A stretch of 56,766 bases of DNA, the filler included, from Basidioascus undulatus (Eukaryota), in assembly GCA_000826855.1 (NCBI GenBank). It is 5 parts of 5 records of this genome, joined end to end, with 100 filler letters (N's around TTAATTAATTAA, not from the genome) between each part and the next. Parts side by side here need not be neighbours in the genome. Positions count along the whole stretch, not along the records: positions 35,370 to 46,018 come from JTLS01001104.1; positions 46,119 to 56,766 come from JTLS01001105.1; 3 more parts are not named here. One strand, written 5' to 3'. Position numbers and translations under genes: made by a program. The notes under the pieces were generated by a model that made no database searches, was not told where the DNA came from, and worked only from the letters and a program-made list of their open reading frames with translations. Each line of letters begins with the position of its first letter. Position 1 is the first letter of the stretch. Shown piece by piece: positions 37,403-50,935 of the stretch.

Positions 37403-40400
37403 ATGGCGCGCCGCAATCCAAGCGGCACCTTCGGCCTCGTCCCCACTCGCGGTCGCGGCGGCAGTCGCGGGTTCTTTCGCGGCAGTCGCGGCAGGGGTCG
37501 AGGGCGCGGTCGCGGCGGGCACACAGGTAGCGCGTCTGGCCCGCCGCCAGAGCGCGCCGACGAGGGCACCTTGCTCCAGGAACGCTTCGAGGAGGTCCGC
37601 ATCAAGGACGAGATTGACGAGAAGCTCGGCTTCGCTCGATACCAGGAGGGGCCTAAGAAGGTGGGATGGCTCGTCAACATGCATCCGGTGCGTCGAACGC
37701 TTTGCCTTGTGAGCGGCTCCCTGGAAGCTGACTGGGATTCGCGTGCCGCAGACGCTCATGACAGATCCGGATCACCCCGCCGGACGCGCCGGCGTTGATT
37801 ACTACTTTATCGAGGACGACGGCGGCATGTTCAAGGCGACCATCCTCTACGAGCCGTATTTCTACATCGGCTGCAAGGTTCGTAACCCGAGATAGCCACC
37901 TTGGCGCGGCGGCCCTTTCTAACGCGGATCCCTTTGGTGGCAGCTGGGTATGGAGAGCATCGTCGAGGAGTGGTTAATGAAGAAGTACGAGGGCCTGATC
38001 GTCCGAATCTCTCGCGAACGCAAGGAAGATTTGAAGCAGGTGTGTTGCGTTTGTGCACGGTTTGTTATGACAGGTGGTGCTTACGCTCGGGTCTGTAGCC
38101 GAACCACCTCCTCGGCCACCGGCGAACGTACCTCCAGATCATCTTCCGCTCCATGTCCGAGCTTCTTGCCGTCCGCCGCGAACTAGTGCCGCTCGCGCAG
38201 GCCAACGCCGCCAAGCTCGACGCCGTAGACGCGTACGCCGAGGTCGTCGCCTCAGTGCAAGTCGAGATGGACGGCGCGGACGTTTTCGAGGAGTCGCTGG
38301 GCGCAAAGGGCAAGAAGGACGACCCGGCCGAGATGGTCATCGACATCCGCGAGTACGACGTTCCGTACTACCTCCGTGTGGCGATCGACAACGGTGGGTC
38401 GCATTCTTTGTCAATTTTCTTCGGGCGCTCATTTCGAAGGACTGTTTCTCATTTGGCAGACATCCGAGTCGGACTCTGGTACACTGTCACGGCGTCCCAG
38501 GGCAGCATCACGCTCGCGTTCGTGCCCGAGCGGGTAAAGCGTGCGGAGCCCGTCGTCATGGCGTACGACATCGAGACGACCAAGGCGCCGCTCAAGTTCC
38601 CCGACAGCGCGGTGGACCAGATCATGATGATCTCGTATATGATCGACGGACAGGGTTTCCTCATCACGAATCGCGAGATCGTCTCGGAAGACATCGAGGA
38701 CTTCGAGCACACGCCGAAGGACGAGTACGAGGGGCCGTTCAGGATCTTCAACGAGCCGAACGAGGTCGGCAATGTCTTTCCTAGACGACGAGACCGGTAC
38801 TGAAGCTGGATTGTGGTAGGCGGCCGTCATCCGGAAATGGTTCTCTCACATCCGGGAGGCCAAGCCAACTGTCATGGCGACGTACAACGGCGACTCGTTC
38901 GACTTCCCGTTCGTTGAGGCGCGCGCTACCGCGAACGGCATCAGCATGTTCAACGAGATCGGCTTCGCACGCGACCAGGAGAACGAGTTTAAGTGCAACA
39001 ACTGCGTTCACATGGACTGCTTCCGGTTTGTCGGCCTTCTTTCTTCCGCTGGAAAGCTCAGTCTAGCTCAACGCAAATTACCGCACAGATGGGTTAAGCG
39101 CGACTCGTACCTCCCCCAGGGCAGCCAAGGCCTCAAGGCCGTCACGGTCGCGAAGCTCGGCTACGACCCGATCGAGCTCGACCCCGAGCTGATGACACCG
39201 TACGTCTTTCATCACGGGGTTTTTTTTTTCACGTTAACACGCTCACGTCTGCTTGCCATCGTGCAGATACGCACTCGAGCAACCGCAGGTCCTCGCACAG
39301 TACTCGGTCTCCGACGCGGTGGCGACCTACTACCTCTACATGAAATACGTCCACCCATTCGTCTTCTCGCTCTGCAACATCATCCCTCTCAACCCCGACG
39401 AGGTCCTCCGCAAGGGCACGGGCACGCTATGCGAGACGCTGCTCATGGTCGGTCGCCCTTGCCCCTGCTTTCTTGTTGGCTATTTGCGCTCATGCTTCAA
39501 TCACGGCTTCAGGTCGAAGCTTATCGAGCTGGCGTCATCATGCCGAACCGACACGTCGACCCGCACGGCAACATGTACGAAGGGCACCTGCTCTCCTCCG
39601 AGACGTACGTCGGCGGGCACGTCGAAGCCCTCGAGGCCGGCGTTTTCCGCTCCGACATCCCGACCGACTTCAAGATCGTTCCTAGCGCCGTTCAACAGGT
39701 GGGTTCTGTCGGGCTTAGCTTGTCTGCGTCTGTTGCTGACCACGAATACGTTGACAGCTCATCGACGACCTCGATAACGCGCTCAAGTTCTCGATTACCG
39801 TCGAGGAGAAGAAGAAGATGGACGACGTGCTCAACTACGACGAGGTCAAGGGCGAGATCCAGCGCATGCTCGAGGAGCTGCGCGACAACCCGGTCCGGCA
39901 CGACACGCCGCTCATCTACCATCTGGACGTCGCGGCCATGTACCCGAACGTGCGCTATACTCCATCGCCTCACTCATCTTAACCCTTCATCCCTGATGAG
40001 CGCTCTTCCTTCAACAGATCATGTTGTCGAACCGCCTTCAGCCTGACTCGGTCGTCGACGAGGCTATGTGCGCGACGTGCGACTACAACCGACCGGGCAA
40101 GACATGCGACCGCCGCATGACTTGGGCGTGGCGTGGCGAGTTCTTCCCCGCGAAGCGCGACGAGTACAACATGGTCCGACATGCGCTCGAGCAAGAGTGG
40201 TTCCCCGGCCGGTATCCGAGTGCTCCGAAGCGGCGCTTCGTAGACCTCTCGCCTACGGAGCAGACGACGTTGCTCCACAAGCGTCTCGGCGACTACTCGC
40301 GGAAGGTCTACAAGAAAACGCACGAGACGCGCATCGTCGAAAGGGAGACCATCATCTGCCAGCGCGAGAACCCGTTCTACATCGACACCGTCCGCGCGTT

Positions 40401-43400
40401 CCGCGATCGCCGCTACGAGTACAAGGGCCTCCACAAGACGTGGAAGAAGAATCTCGACACCGCGGCGGCGAGCGGCTCGCTATCGGCAATTGTCGAGGCT
40501 AAGAAGATGATCGTTCTCTAGTATGTTGCGCTTGCTTCCCTTCTTGGGGGTCAGCGCCCTGCTCGATGTTGACCCTTACCTTGCGCAGCGACTCGCTCCA
40601 ACTCGCGCACAAGTGCATCCTCAACTCGTTCTACGGCTACGTCATGCGCAAGGGCGCGCGGTGGTACTCGATGGAGATGGCCGGCATCACCTGCCTCACG
40701 GGTGCGACGATCATTCAGATGGCCCGGCAACTCGTCGAGCAGATCGGCCGCCCGCTCGAGCTCGACACGGACGGTATCTGGTGCATGCTCCCCGGGACGT
40801 TCCCCGAGAACTTCTCGTTCAAGCTCGCCGGCGGCAAGAAGCTCGGCATCTCGTACCCGTGCACAATGCTCAACCACCTCGTTCACGACCGCTTCACGAA
40901 CGACCAGTATCACGATCTGGTGGATAAGGACCAGGGCGTTTACGTACGTGATCGACATCTGCAACCCAGCCCACTGTGCCTCTAACGTGCCATATGTCTT
41001 GTCAGGCTATCCACTCCGAGAACAGTATCTTCTTCGAGCTCGACGGCCCGTACAAGGCGATGATCCTTCCATCGTCGAAGGAGGAGGACAAGCGTATGTT
41101 GCAGTTCTTCTATCCAGTCTTAAGGTTATTTTCGCTGACAAAGCGCCTTATAGTGCTCAAGAAGCGTTACGCCGTGTTCAACGACGATGGGTCCCTCGCC
41201 GAGCTCAAGGGCTTTGAGGTCAAGCGTCGCGGCGAGCTCCAGCTCATCAAGATCTTCCAGTCCCAGATCTTCGAGAAGTTCCTGCTTGGCTCGACGACGG
41301 AGGAGTGCTACGCAGCCGTCGCGGAGGTCGCGGACGAGTGGCTCGACATCCTCTTCAACAAGGCGGCCAACTTGCACGACGACGAGCTCGTCGAGCTCAT
41401 CTCGGAGAACCGCAGCATGTCGAAGACGCTCGCCGAGTACGAGGGCCAGAAGTCGACGTCGATCAGCACCGCGCGGCGTCTAGCCGAGTTCCTCGGCGAA
41501 CAGATGGTCAAGGACAAGGGCCTTTCGTGTCGCTTCATCATCTCGAGCAAGCCGCAAGGCGCGCCCGTCACGGAGCGCGCCGTCCCCGTCGCGATCTTCA
41601 CCGCCGAGCCGAGCATCAAGCAGCACTTCCTCCGGAAGTGGCTCAAGGACAACAGCCTCGTCGACTTCGAGCTCCGGTCCATCCTCGACTGGGACTACTA
41701 CATCGAACGCCTCGGTTCCGTCATCCAGAAGCTCATCACTATCCCGGCCGCGCTCCAAAAAGTCGCGAACCCCGTCCATCGCATCCGTCATCCCGACTGG
41801 CTCCACAAGCGCGTCGCGACCCGCGAGGACAAGTTCAAGCAGCACAAGCTCACCGACATGTTCGCGCGCCAGCGCGAGAAGGGCCCCGTCAGAGCCGACC
41901 TCGGCATCGGGACGAGCGCCGCCGTCGCAGGAGCTGTCGGAGAGTCCGCGGACGTACCTGACCTTGAAGACTTCGGCGCCGGAGCGTCGTCGGGGACGGG
42001 TCGCGCGCTTGCGCAGGTCAAGAAGGCCGCCGTCCGCGCCAAAGGCAAGGAGAAGGCGCCTTCGCCTCCCGAGCAGCGGCTGCCGGACCCGACGGTCGAT
42101 TACCCGGGCTGGGTCAAGCAGATGCGCAAGCGGTGGCGGACTCGCAGGAAGGAGAAGGCCGAGCGGCGGCACCTCTTCGGCGCTTCGGCGGCAACGACCG
42201 CGTCCAAGGCGTCGGTCGCGGGGATGTTCCAGACGCGCTCGCTAGGGCTGTCGTCGCATGCCTGGGACGTCGTCCAGGTCTCGCCGACGTCGCGTCCGGG
42301 CGAGTTCAAGCTCTGGCTCTCGATCGGGCCGACGTTGCAGTCGCTCAAGCTCCGCGTCCCGCGCCAGTTCTATCTCAACCTCAAGCAGGCGCCCCAGGAC
42401 GGCGTATTCGCCGACGGCTACCTCGTCGAGAGCCTCGTTCGTACGCTGCCGCGCGGTCACCCGTGCCTCAACCTCTTCCGCATCACCGTCGCCGAGGAGG
42501 ACTTCGTCGCGGGCGAGTCGCACTTCAAGAACTTGGTCAACAACCCGAATGTCGATGCGGTGTACGAGATGCAGGTGCGTCCCGTTTTCCGCCTTTTGAT
42601 CCACTTTTCGAAAATGGTGTCTTACATGCCCTGGCAGATTCCCCTCGTCGTTCGCGCACTCCTTGCCCTCGGATCGACCTGCACGATGGAGGCTGGCGCG
42701 ACAGGTGGCCTCAGCCGCGGTCTCGACAACGGCTTCGACCTGCACGACCTCGTCCGCGCGCCGCCTTCGGTAGTCCGTCATCGCTATTTGGAGAGCGCTT
42801 CGGCGATGCGCTACGCCTACATCTTCCACTCCCACAGCGACTCTCGGCACATGCTCGGTCTCTTCCTCCCCGGCGGTGGCGCCAAGGTCTTCGTTGTCGA
42901 CACGAGCCGCGTTCGCCCGCGCTTGCCGAACCTCGAGCGCGCCTACGCCGAGCAGCTCGCACGATCCCGCGAGCGCCAGATGGATCCGAGCGCGGGGGCG
43001 TTCGCGTACCCGGACGAGCTCTCTTTCGAGACGAGCTACCACACGTCCGAATCAGCTGCGCTCAAGGCGCTTTCTCGCGCTCTCGCCGCGTCGGGCGGAC
43101 AACGCCGCGGTGCAACGATGCTCGCCATCTGTTCGCCGCGCACGCAGACCTACTTCGAGCGCCAAGCGGACGCCGTCGGCGAGTACCCCATCATTACGGT
43201 CCCGGTGCCGCGGAAGGAGCCCAGCATCGACGCGCTCATGTGGACGGCGAAGATGCCGTTGCGCATGCTCCGCTCCTACCTCCGCCTCTCAGTCCACGTC
43301 AAGGAGACTATTGACCTCGCTGCGCACTACGACGTTCCGTTCTGCAACATCGAGCGCGACGCGGCGCTGTTTTTCGCCGACCTCGACTTCGCGCGCCGCC

Positions 43401-45237
43401 TCCAGAAGCACGACATGATCCTCTGGTGGTCGCCCTCGACCAAGCCCGATCTCGGCGGGCGCGAGGAGGACGTACCTCCGCAGCAAATTGCGGACGACAT
43501 CGGCAGCCTCGAGTTTTCCAACTCGGGCGCCTTCTCCAACGTCGTCCTCGAAGTAGAACTGCGGGACCTCGCCGTCAACGCGGTCCTCCAGTCCGCGCTC
43601 GTCAACGAGATGGAAGGCAGCGGCGCGGCTTCGACGGCGTTCGACTCGACCGCGCACACGCTCGACGACTACAGCAAGGGACAGGCGCGCGCGTCCGTTA
43701 CGCTCGGCGAGGCCGTCGTCTCGACCCAGACGTTCGCCGTGCTCAAGGCGATGGTCAAGGCATGGTACCTCGACAAGGCCCGCTCGGTCAACGCTCGGGG
43801 AAACGGGGGCCTCCTCGCCGACCACTTCTGGCGCTGGATCAGCTCGAGCACGGCGCAGATGTTCGACCCCGCGCTGCACCGGTTCCTCCAAGGACTGATG
43901 CGCAAGACCTTCCTCCAGCTCCTCGCTGAGATCAAGCGTCTCGGCTCGGGCGTCGTCTACGCTGACTTCGGGCGGCTGTTCATCCTCACGTCGAAGCCGA
44001 CGGCGGGGTCCGCACTCGCATACGCGAACTACATCCTCAGCGCCGTCACGTCGCATGAGCTTTTCAAGCACGTCTCGCTCTCCATCGTCCACTTCTGGGA
44101 CTACCTCGTCTGGATGGACGCGGGCAACTACGGCGGCGTCATCAACCACGATCCGGAGGCCGTCGAGCCGTCGGACGAGGTCAACGTCGACATGCAGTGG
44201 GCTATCCGACACTTCCTCCCACCCGCGCTTCAGCCGCCGTTCGGGCACGCCATCGCCGAGTTCATCTACCAGAGCTACGAGCACAAGCGTCGGAGTTTTC
44301 TCGCGATGCGCACGCCGTTGCGCGTTCTCCAAAACTCGACGCAGGGGCCAGGCCCCGACCCGGTCAAGTCGGCGGAGCTCGACTTCGGGCGCAAGCTCAT
44401 CAGTAATACGCTCACCCGCCGCCTTCTCAAGGACGTCTCCGGGCTCATCCGCCGCCAGAGCGAGGCGGCTATGCGGCCCGAGGACATGGCCGCCTTCACC
44501 TTCCCGCTCCTGCCCGGCTCTCATCTCGACCTCCACAACCCAACGCTCGAGTTTATCAAGTTCACCTGCGCGGTCCTGGCACTTGCGAAAGACTACATGG
44601 TCGAGACACAGATCCTGAAGAGGAATCTTCTTGACCTCATCAAAGTGCGCGAGTTGTGAGTCTGTTTTCTTTGTTTCTGGCAACAGCACTGCAACTCACA
44701 CTCTACATGACCATCTAGTGCCGACGAGGCTATCTTCCGCAACCCGTGCATGCCGTTCAAGGTTCCCATGGTCATCTGCCCGTCCTGCGCATCTGTGCGC
44801 ACACTCGACCTCACGCGCGACGCCGAGCTGCAACCGCACCCATCGGATGATCCGACCCAGCCCCCGCAGCCGCGACCATGGCTCTGCCGATGCGGGCAAG
44901 AGTACGACAAGGGTGCAATCGAGCTTGCGCTGCTGAGCACGGTGGATCGGCATGTTGGCGCGTACCAGACGCAGGACAGGCACTGTGGGAAATGCGGTGC
45001 GATCGCCGATGACGACTTGTCCTCTCATCACATCTGCTCAGGCCCATATAAGTTCGTATATTTTATCTCGGTTCTGACGTGGATATCAAATGCTGACCTG
45101 GACATTTTTTGCTTCACAGCCTCGTCACGCCCAAAGCCGAGCTTCGGCGCCAGCTCACGACTGTTTCCAATGTTGCCCGCTTCCATGGCCTTTCCCTTCT
45201 CCATGACTACACCAAAACCCACCTCACGAGGCTGTAG
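37403..45237 (+). CDS. POL2: DNA polymerase epsilon catalytic subunit A, multi-exon
   Basis: [21 protein letters not shown], Exo [31 protein letters not shown], motif [48 protein letters not shown] and the C-terminal Cys motifs. Stop TAG at 45235-45237. Confidence 0.98.
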
Positions 45238-45399
45238 CGTCAGTTCCTTTCTCAGTTGCTTTCTCATTTCAAGTGTCTTCCTGTTCTGCTTCTCTGTTCG
45301 TCTTACCGTGCATTACTTGTCACCGCCTGCATTTTCTGTACTTGTATTCTTACATACCACACTTCCCATCTATGCTTTCTCAAACATAATGTGCTGTCT

Positions 45400-45935
45400 T
45401 TGGCATGATGCATGCCATCATTGTTCCCACTGCTCAGTGCTGCTCAGCAAGAACCTGCACAGGCTCGTAAGCTCTTGATTACCACCAATGTTCATCTCAT
45501 TTTGAGATCCACAGTTCTTGAAATCTTTTTACGTGTTTATGGATTTGTGTCAATTGACCATGTTCAACAGACAAGCTGCCTTCATCGCAGAGCCTGCAGA
45601 AGGACTGATCACCACCTCCCCTCACCACCTTGTAGCTCGTCATGTGCTCCAACTGTGCAAGGCTGAAACTCATATCAATACCCCCACTCACTCAAGGCCA
45701 TAGTCTGAGTCGTTCAATGTGATGGATGTGCTTGATGCACTCGAGGCCTTGGTGAGAATGTCCGCTGTCATGTCCTTGGTGGAGATGTGCTCTACTTGGA
45801 CATTGCCACTCTTGATGACCTCTCGAATCCAGTGCCACTTGATTGCGACATGCTTGGTTGCAGTGTGTGGTACTGCTTGTTCCGAGCGATGGAGAGCGCA
45901 GCCTGGTTGTCACTGTAGATGATTGTGGGCACAGA
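45400..45935 (-). mobile_element. Degenerate Ty1/copia LTR retrotransposon 3' end (RNase H, PPT, LTR start)
   Basis: IIYSDNQAALSIARNKQYH/TKHVAIKWHWIREVIKSGNVQVEHISTKDMTADILTKA (copia RNase H, frameshifted), then the purine tract GAGTGAGTGGGGG and TATTGA (cf. TGTTGA) at 45680. LTR far end not resolved. Confidence 0.85.
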
Positions 45936-46018
45936 GTGTCAAGATCCGGCAGAGTGAAACAGACCGCAACGGGGGCTACCCGGGGCTTGTGAGGGCAATG
46001 GTTGATTACGAGACGAGT

Positions 46019-46118
46019 NNNNNNNNNNNNNNNNNNNNNNNNNNNNNNNNNNNNNNNNNNNNTTAATTAATTAANNNNNNNNNNNNNNNNNNNNNNNNNN
46101 NNNNNNNNNNNNNNNNNN
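46019..46118. other. Artificial contig spacer
   Basis: N44-TTAATTAATTAA-N44. Confidence 0.98.
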
Positions 46119-47610
46119 CCCGCCTCGACCGGCTCGCGCCCGGGCACCGAGAGCTGCGCGCGCTGCCCGACGCGCTTCGTGGGGCCCAGCGACTGGACGA
46201 GCTTCGATACCGTCGAGAGGACCTCCTGCGGCGCGCGGTCAATGTCGCGCAGGACGACCCACATCCCCGCGCGCACGGCCTTGACGAGAGCGCCCTCGCG
46301 GTGCTCGAACCCGCCCTCGGGCGTCGAGACGTACGCGCCGAGGAGCGACTTGGCGTCCAGTGCCGGGTCCGCTGCGTGGATCGTGAGGATTGGCGGGGAG
46401 GCGGCCGGAGCGTGGAGGAGCGCGGAAAGGTGCGAGAGGAGGGTTGTCTTGCCGGAGGAGGGAGGAGCGGTGATGAGCGCGGGAATGCGCGACGAGATGG
46501 CGAGGGAGAGATGGTGCAGCGCCGATGTGTTAGAGGTCGTCGCGATCAATGGAGAGGGGGAAGGCGGCGTGGAAGGTCGGGGGAGAAGGACGCCGGCGAT
46601 GAAAGCCGTCCGCGGATGAAGGTCGGAGGCGGAGAGGCGGGGGAGAGGCGAATCCTCCGGCAGGAGAGGGAGCGGGTCGGAGAACGTCGCACGGTATCCA
46701 TCCATCCTCAGCTCCTCGGCGATCAGGAGCGCCCACCCATCGACGGTCTTCCCGACGATCTGACCATCGACAACTTCCTCCCCATACTGCGCGTGCCGTG
46801 ACAGCAGGGGTCAGCCCCTGAGACAACCTCGGCTCGAAAAATGAAGCGACGCACCTGCACCCAGATATCCCCCACCGTCTCTATCGTCCCCAGATAACGC
46901 TCCTCCCACTCCCTCCGAGTCTGCTCCGAGAATCCCTCGCCGAGGGCGAGAACCCAGGACGCGAGGAGGCGCACACCAGCGTCGGGATGGGGTGGGCCGA
47001 GGGTGAGGAGGTGGTGCACAGGGGCGAGGGACCAGTTGGAGCGCAAGAAGAGAGGGTTGGCGCGTGCGAGTCGGAACAAGGAGAGGAGGAGCGAGTGGAG
47101 CGTTGACGTCGGGAGAGAATGGATCGCTTGTGGCTGGAGGGCAAGGAGGGGCGCGAGCGGCGAGGGGAGAAGAGCGAGGTAGGCGGACAGAACACTGCGG
47201 GAAAGGACGGTCAGCGAAGAAACCACAACTGCCATGTACGGAAAAGAAACGCACGGCTCGATCTCCTCATGAACCTCGACGAGCCAAGCCAGCGCCCCGA
47301 CCCTGCGCTGTTCGCGCTCCGCCCAGCCGCCGCCCTCCTGCAGCGGCACGGGCTGGTCCAGCCAGCGCACAACTAGGTCCACCAGCACGCCCCTGAACCT
47401 GCGCGCCACTGCCCGCGTGGCGACGGGCAGGGCGAGCAGCTCCGAGAGCGCCTCGAGCAGCTGGGCGACGGAGGAGGTGGGCGGGGCGGATGTGTCGGCG
47501 AAGGCCTTGACAACGTCGGGAACGGCGACGGCGGCGGTGAGGTCGTCGATGAGGAGCGCCACAGACGCTGAGAGTGATAATAGTGTCGGTGAGGGCGGTG
47601 GCGCTGCCAT
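46119..47610 (-). CDS. MDN1: Midasin (Rea1) AAA-ATPase, N-terminal domain and first AAA module; 3' truncated
   Basis: RFRGVLVDLVVRWL, Walker A APPSSGKTT, LDAKSLLGAYVS..FEHREGALVKAVRAGMWVVLRDIDRAPQEVL, matching Rea1 AAA1. An alternative in-frame ATG is at 47673. Confidence 0.9.
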
Positions 47611-50600
47611 GGCGAGGGTGGCAGCAGCGATAGAGTGGAAGGTGGTCGTGGGACGAGGCGAACCGGCATGCATTGAGAGTGCGAGGGCAGAAATTTGGGA
47701 GGCGATCTTGTCTGGCGCGTCAAATAAGAACTAAGACCGGCCTTCCACAAGGTCGGGCTCGCTCCTCCTGCGTTTCGATCTCCTTTCATCATACTTCTTT
47801 AACATCCAAATTCTGCCTACAAAACCGCAAACCCTGCCTAATGATGTTCGTCGCCTCTGTGTGCCGGCCAACGCAGGAATATTGATGCCTTTTGCTTCAA
47901 TCGCCTCTTCAGTGGCGATGCTCAGGAGCCGCCAGGGTGTAGTCAACACCGTTCCCACCGCAATTCGATGCTTCGTGTCTGATCTCGACGGCATAAACAG
48001 TCTCGTGCCCTTGTCAAGCCCGCAAATTAATGAATAAATATTCCGTTTCATTTTGGAAAAGGTTTCAACTATGCAAGGCCAGCGGAAACATTTTGGAACG
48101 CTGAAACGCAGATGCCACGGTTCCCCTCGCCCGACCCCATCTCGTCCACCAGCCTGCGCACAGCTTTGTTCTCTACCCCCATCATCCTCACTTCGCCAGT
48201 GAAAGTGTTTAATCCTAGACCAGCGGCGCACTCCGGAAAAGAGGCGATTAGAGACGGCTCTGGTACGCGCGAGTAGGAGCGCAGACGGCACAGCAATCCC
48301 GTCTGCCTCCGCAGGTGATCATGGGTAGGCGCTCGCTCCCCTGCAAAGTCCGTCGTAGTAATTGAGCCACGGACAGCTAGAGCGAGCGTCGTGCTGTATG
48401 TTTCAGGAGCCTCTGAAGATCCGCGCGGCTGGAGCGACTGCTCGAACCCGACCTTTGTTCCGGGTGCTCGCGCTCGGCCAATCCCGAAGTGCACGCGCGG
48501 CGCGGCTGACCTTCTCGTGGTCTATCAGCTAGAAGTGAGAAGGAACAAACGTAAAAGACCATCACTAACCCGCTTTCCAGCTTCATTCTAAGTCTCGGTT
48601 ATGCCTGCCGGCATTACGGAAGTGGGGGTTCCCTGAATTGCCGCCAACTCCGGATGAAAGGGCGAAAGCCCGCTCAAATGGACAACACCAAGCTAGAAAG
48701 CCGCAAAAGGTATCTCTGTGGAATGTTTAGTTCTATGTTTGCAATCCTCGCACCGCTCTCATACATCCCGGATACAGTACCGTCACCGTGGCCTGTGGTG
48801 CCTCGCCTCGCCTTCTTCCTTCTCGAAGTGAATCGGATTATCTATATTTAGATCGCACTCCGAGATTCAACCCAGTGTAATAAACTTGCATTTTCAGGGC
48901 GACCAACTTCAAGCCTCTTTGCCCACGTTCTCATTCCGCCTCGACGCCCATAGCCAGCTGCACGACGGAACGTGTCTTTCTGAGCCGCCATTACGTGATT
49001 TTAAGATGAACTTGGGGAGATTTTTTGCTCATGTCAGAAGGCAGCCGGGCGAGCCGACGGCAGTGAACGTTGGCGGCAAGCCCTCTGGTGTCTGCTCGAG
49101 AGGATGGGGGCGTCCGACGCCCCCGAGAAGGACACTGGAAGGGGTAGGAGTAGGAATGGATGTGGCTTCAACATATAGCCAAGATTGTTATTGAAACGTA
49201 TGAGGAAAATACTTTGCCGGAGCGCGGGCGCTCGCATTCGGCTCGCTGGCCGAAAAGGACGTTGACGAGCCTCACTCTCCACTCCGTCGTCTAGTGCAGC
49301 CAAGCGCTCAACATAATCTGGCCCTAACATTGGCCAAACAGCTGACTCTCGCGCAACCCTATAGGTTCAAAGAACTCAAGGACACCTTTGGACACTTTGG
49401 AGCTAACATCGCACCGGGAGTCCATGTACCGCGTCTTACAGCGCTAGCCGCGTGCCGGGCCTCGCCGTGAATGCCCGGCGCGCTCGAATCATGAAACAGG
49501 TTTCGGTAGGCTAAAAAATTACCTCCTCGGGCTGGTCAAGATCAGAATCGACGGCGAGCTAACCTTTCAGGTGACATTCTCAACAAGGCCAGTCGAAGCC
49601 TGCGTAAGGCAGATTCGTGACGGCAAGACATGGGCAACGCGGGACAATCGCATGCTCCTTCCTTTGCTAAGTCTCATTTGGTATAATTGCTGGTTCATAA
49701 TCCTCTTTCATGTCGAACATATGCCCACCCTGTAACGATCTGTCACTGGCTAGTGCTCCCCGCTGCCCACCACCGAGATGAAAGGTTCAGTCCGTATTTG
49801 TCGCAGGAAACCATCGCACTCAGGCACGAAGCGCACCTTGTTGTCGCATAGCGATCCTCCAGCTCTTCTTGACCACCCCAGCCACCCTCAAAGTCCTCAT
49901 TCGTCCGCAGGGCTCCCGATGCCGGTCCAGGGCCCTGCTCGAGCTTCTCCTCCGCCTCGTGCTTCTTGTATGGCTCTCCCTACTTCCACACATCAGCCTC
50001 ACTGAAAATAAGGAGTTCAATTGGCAGCGTACTTGTGATGGCTCTGCAGTCTTTTCGGTGACCTCTTTGGGGTTGAGGGATTTGTCGACGAGGCTGTTTC
50101 CGACACCGGACTGAGGAAGCGACGCAAGGCAAGCGCTCAGCATGTCTGCCCCACTCTCGGGGTGGAGTCAGTCCAAGACATAAACCCACCGGGTTCGTCT
50201 GATTAGGGTTCGTTGCCATTGTGTAGGAATATGAAGTTGAGCAGTTCCTGGTGGGTATTGGTGAAGGTGAGAAGCGTTCAAGGCCTGCCTATCTCAAGCT
50301 CCGAAATGACGTTGTCTCACGTGTGATAAATCTGTTATCCAGCGCCAAAGTGTGCGACATGCGCTGCCGCTTCTACCTGCCAGCCGAAGTTACATCTTCT
50401 GTTGGACAGGACTGAAATTTCAGGACTGCTCTTTGGCGAACTTCGCCCTACTGGCGATTGGGTAGTCAGCCTCAAATGAACGGGCGACCAGCGGTCTCAG
50501 TACGCCTCATGGGGGACTCGGAACGAGAAACCACGTACGTCTGGACAGTTAACGGCGTTGGAAGAGCGGACCAGCAAAATGTGAAAGGTTGCAATTTTTC

Positions 50601-50935
50601 GATAATGAGATTATGACACGGAATGTCTGAGCGTGGCCCAGCGAGGTCCATCTAAGTAGTGGTTCGTCGTAGCGGTGCAACTGGAGCAGCACTTCACGTC
50701 GACATGCCCAGCCTCATGGGTATTCCCAAGAAGCTTATGAGAAGTTTCGCATTGATCTGAATGTTCGGGTTTTGGAGTTTGTCAGCTGCAAAGATGAGAT
50801 GTAAAATGTCGTTTGGGGGCGCGACGCTTGTCAGCGACGAGTCTGACAGCAGCTGGCGCCTGTCGGTTGACTTGCGACGCTCATCCGCCTGCGCACCTTC
50901 TTACCTTCTCTCACCTATCGCGTACTAACGAAATT

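Noticed and set aside
41126..44689. Long antisense and alternate-frame ORFs over POL2 (e.g. 43289-44689, 42133-43314) and over IPI1 (8203-9357)
   Set aside because: Shadow ORFs expected from high GC3 codon bias; no recognisable motifs.
13769..46118. Regularly spaced TTAATTAATTAA palindromes as a biological repeat array
   Set aside because: Each is embedded in exactly 44+44 Ns; this is an artificial six-frame-stop linker.
46230..46265. Non-canonical Walker B (VVLRDID) in MDN1
   Set aside because: Rea1 AAA1 is already known to be degenerate at Walker B, so this is not novel.
7148..47610. IPI1 and MDN1 as a ribosome-biogenesis gene cluster
   Set aside because: They are on different contigs that appear to be joined only by size ranking.
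47700..50900. 3-kb gene-poor stretch with short ORFs (e.g. 48069-48494, 49820-50219)
   Set aside because: No domain, repeat, terminal inverted repeat or RNA structure could be established; possibly old remnants.
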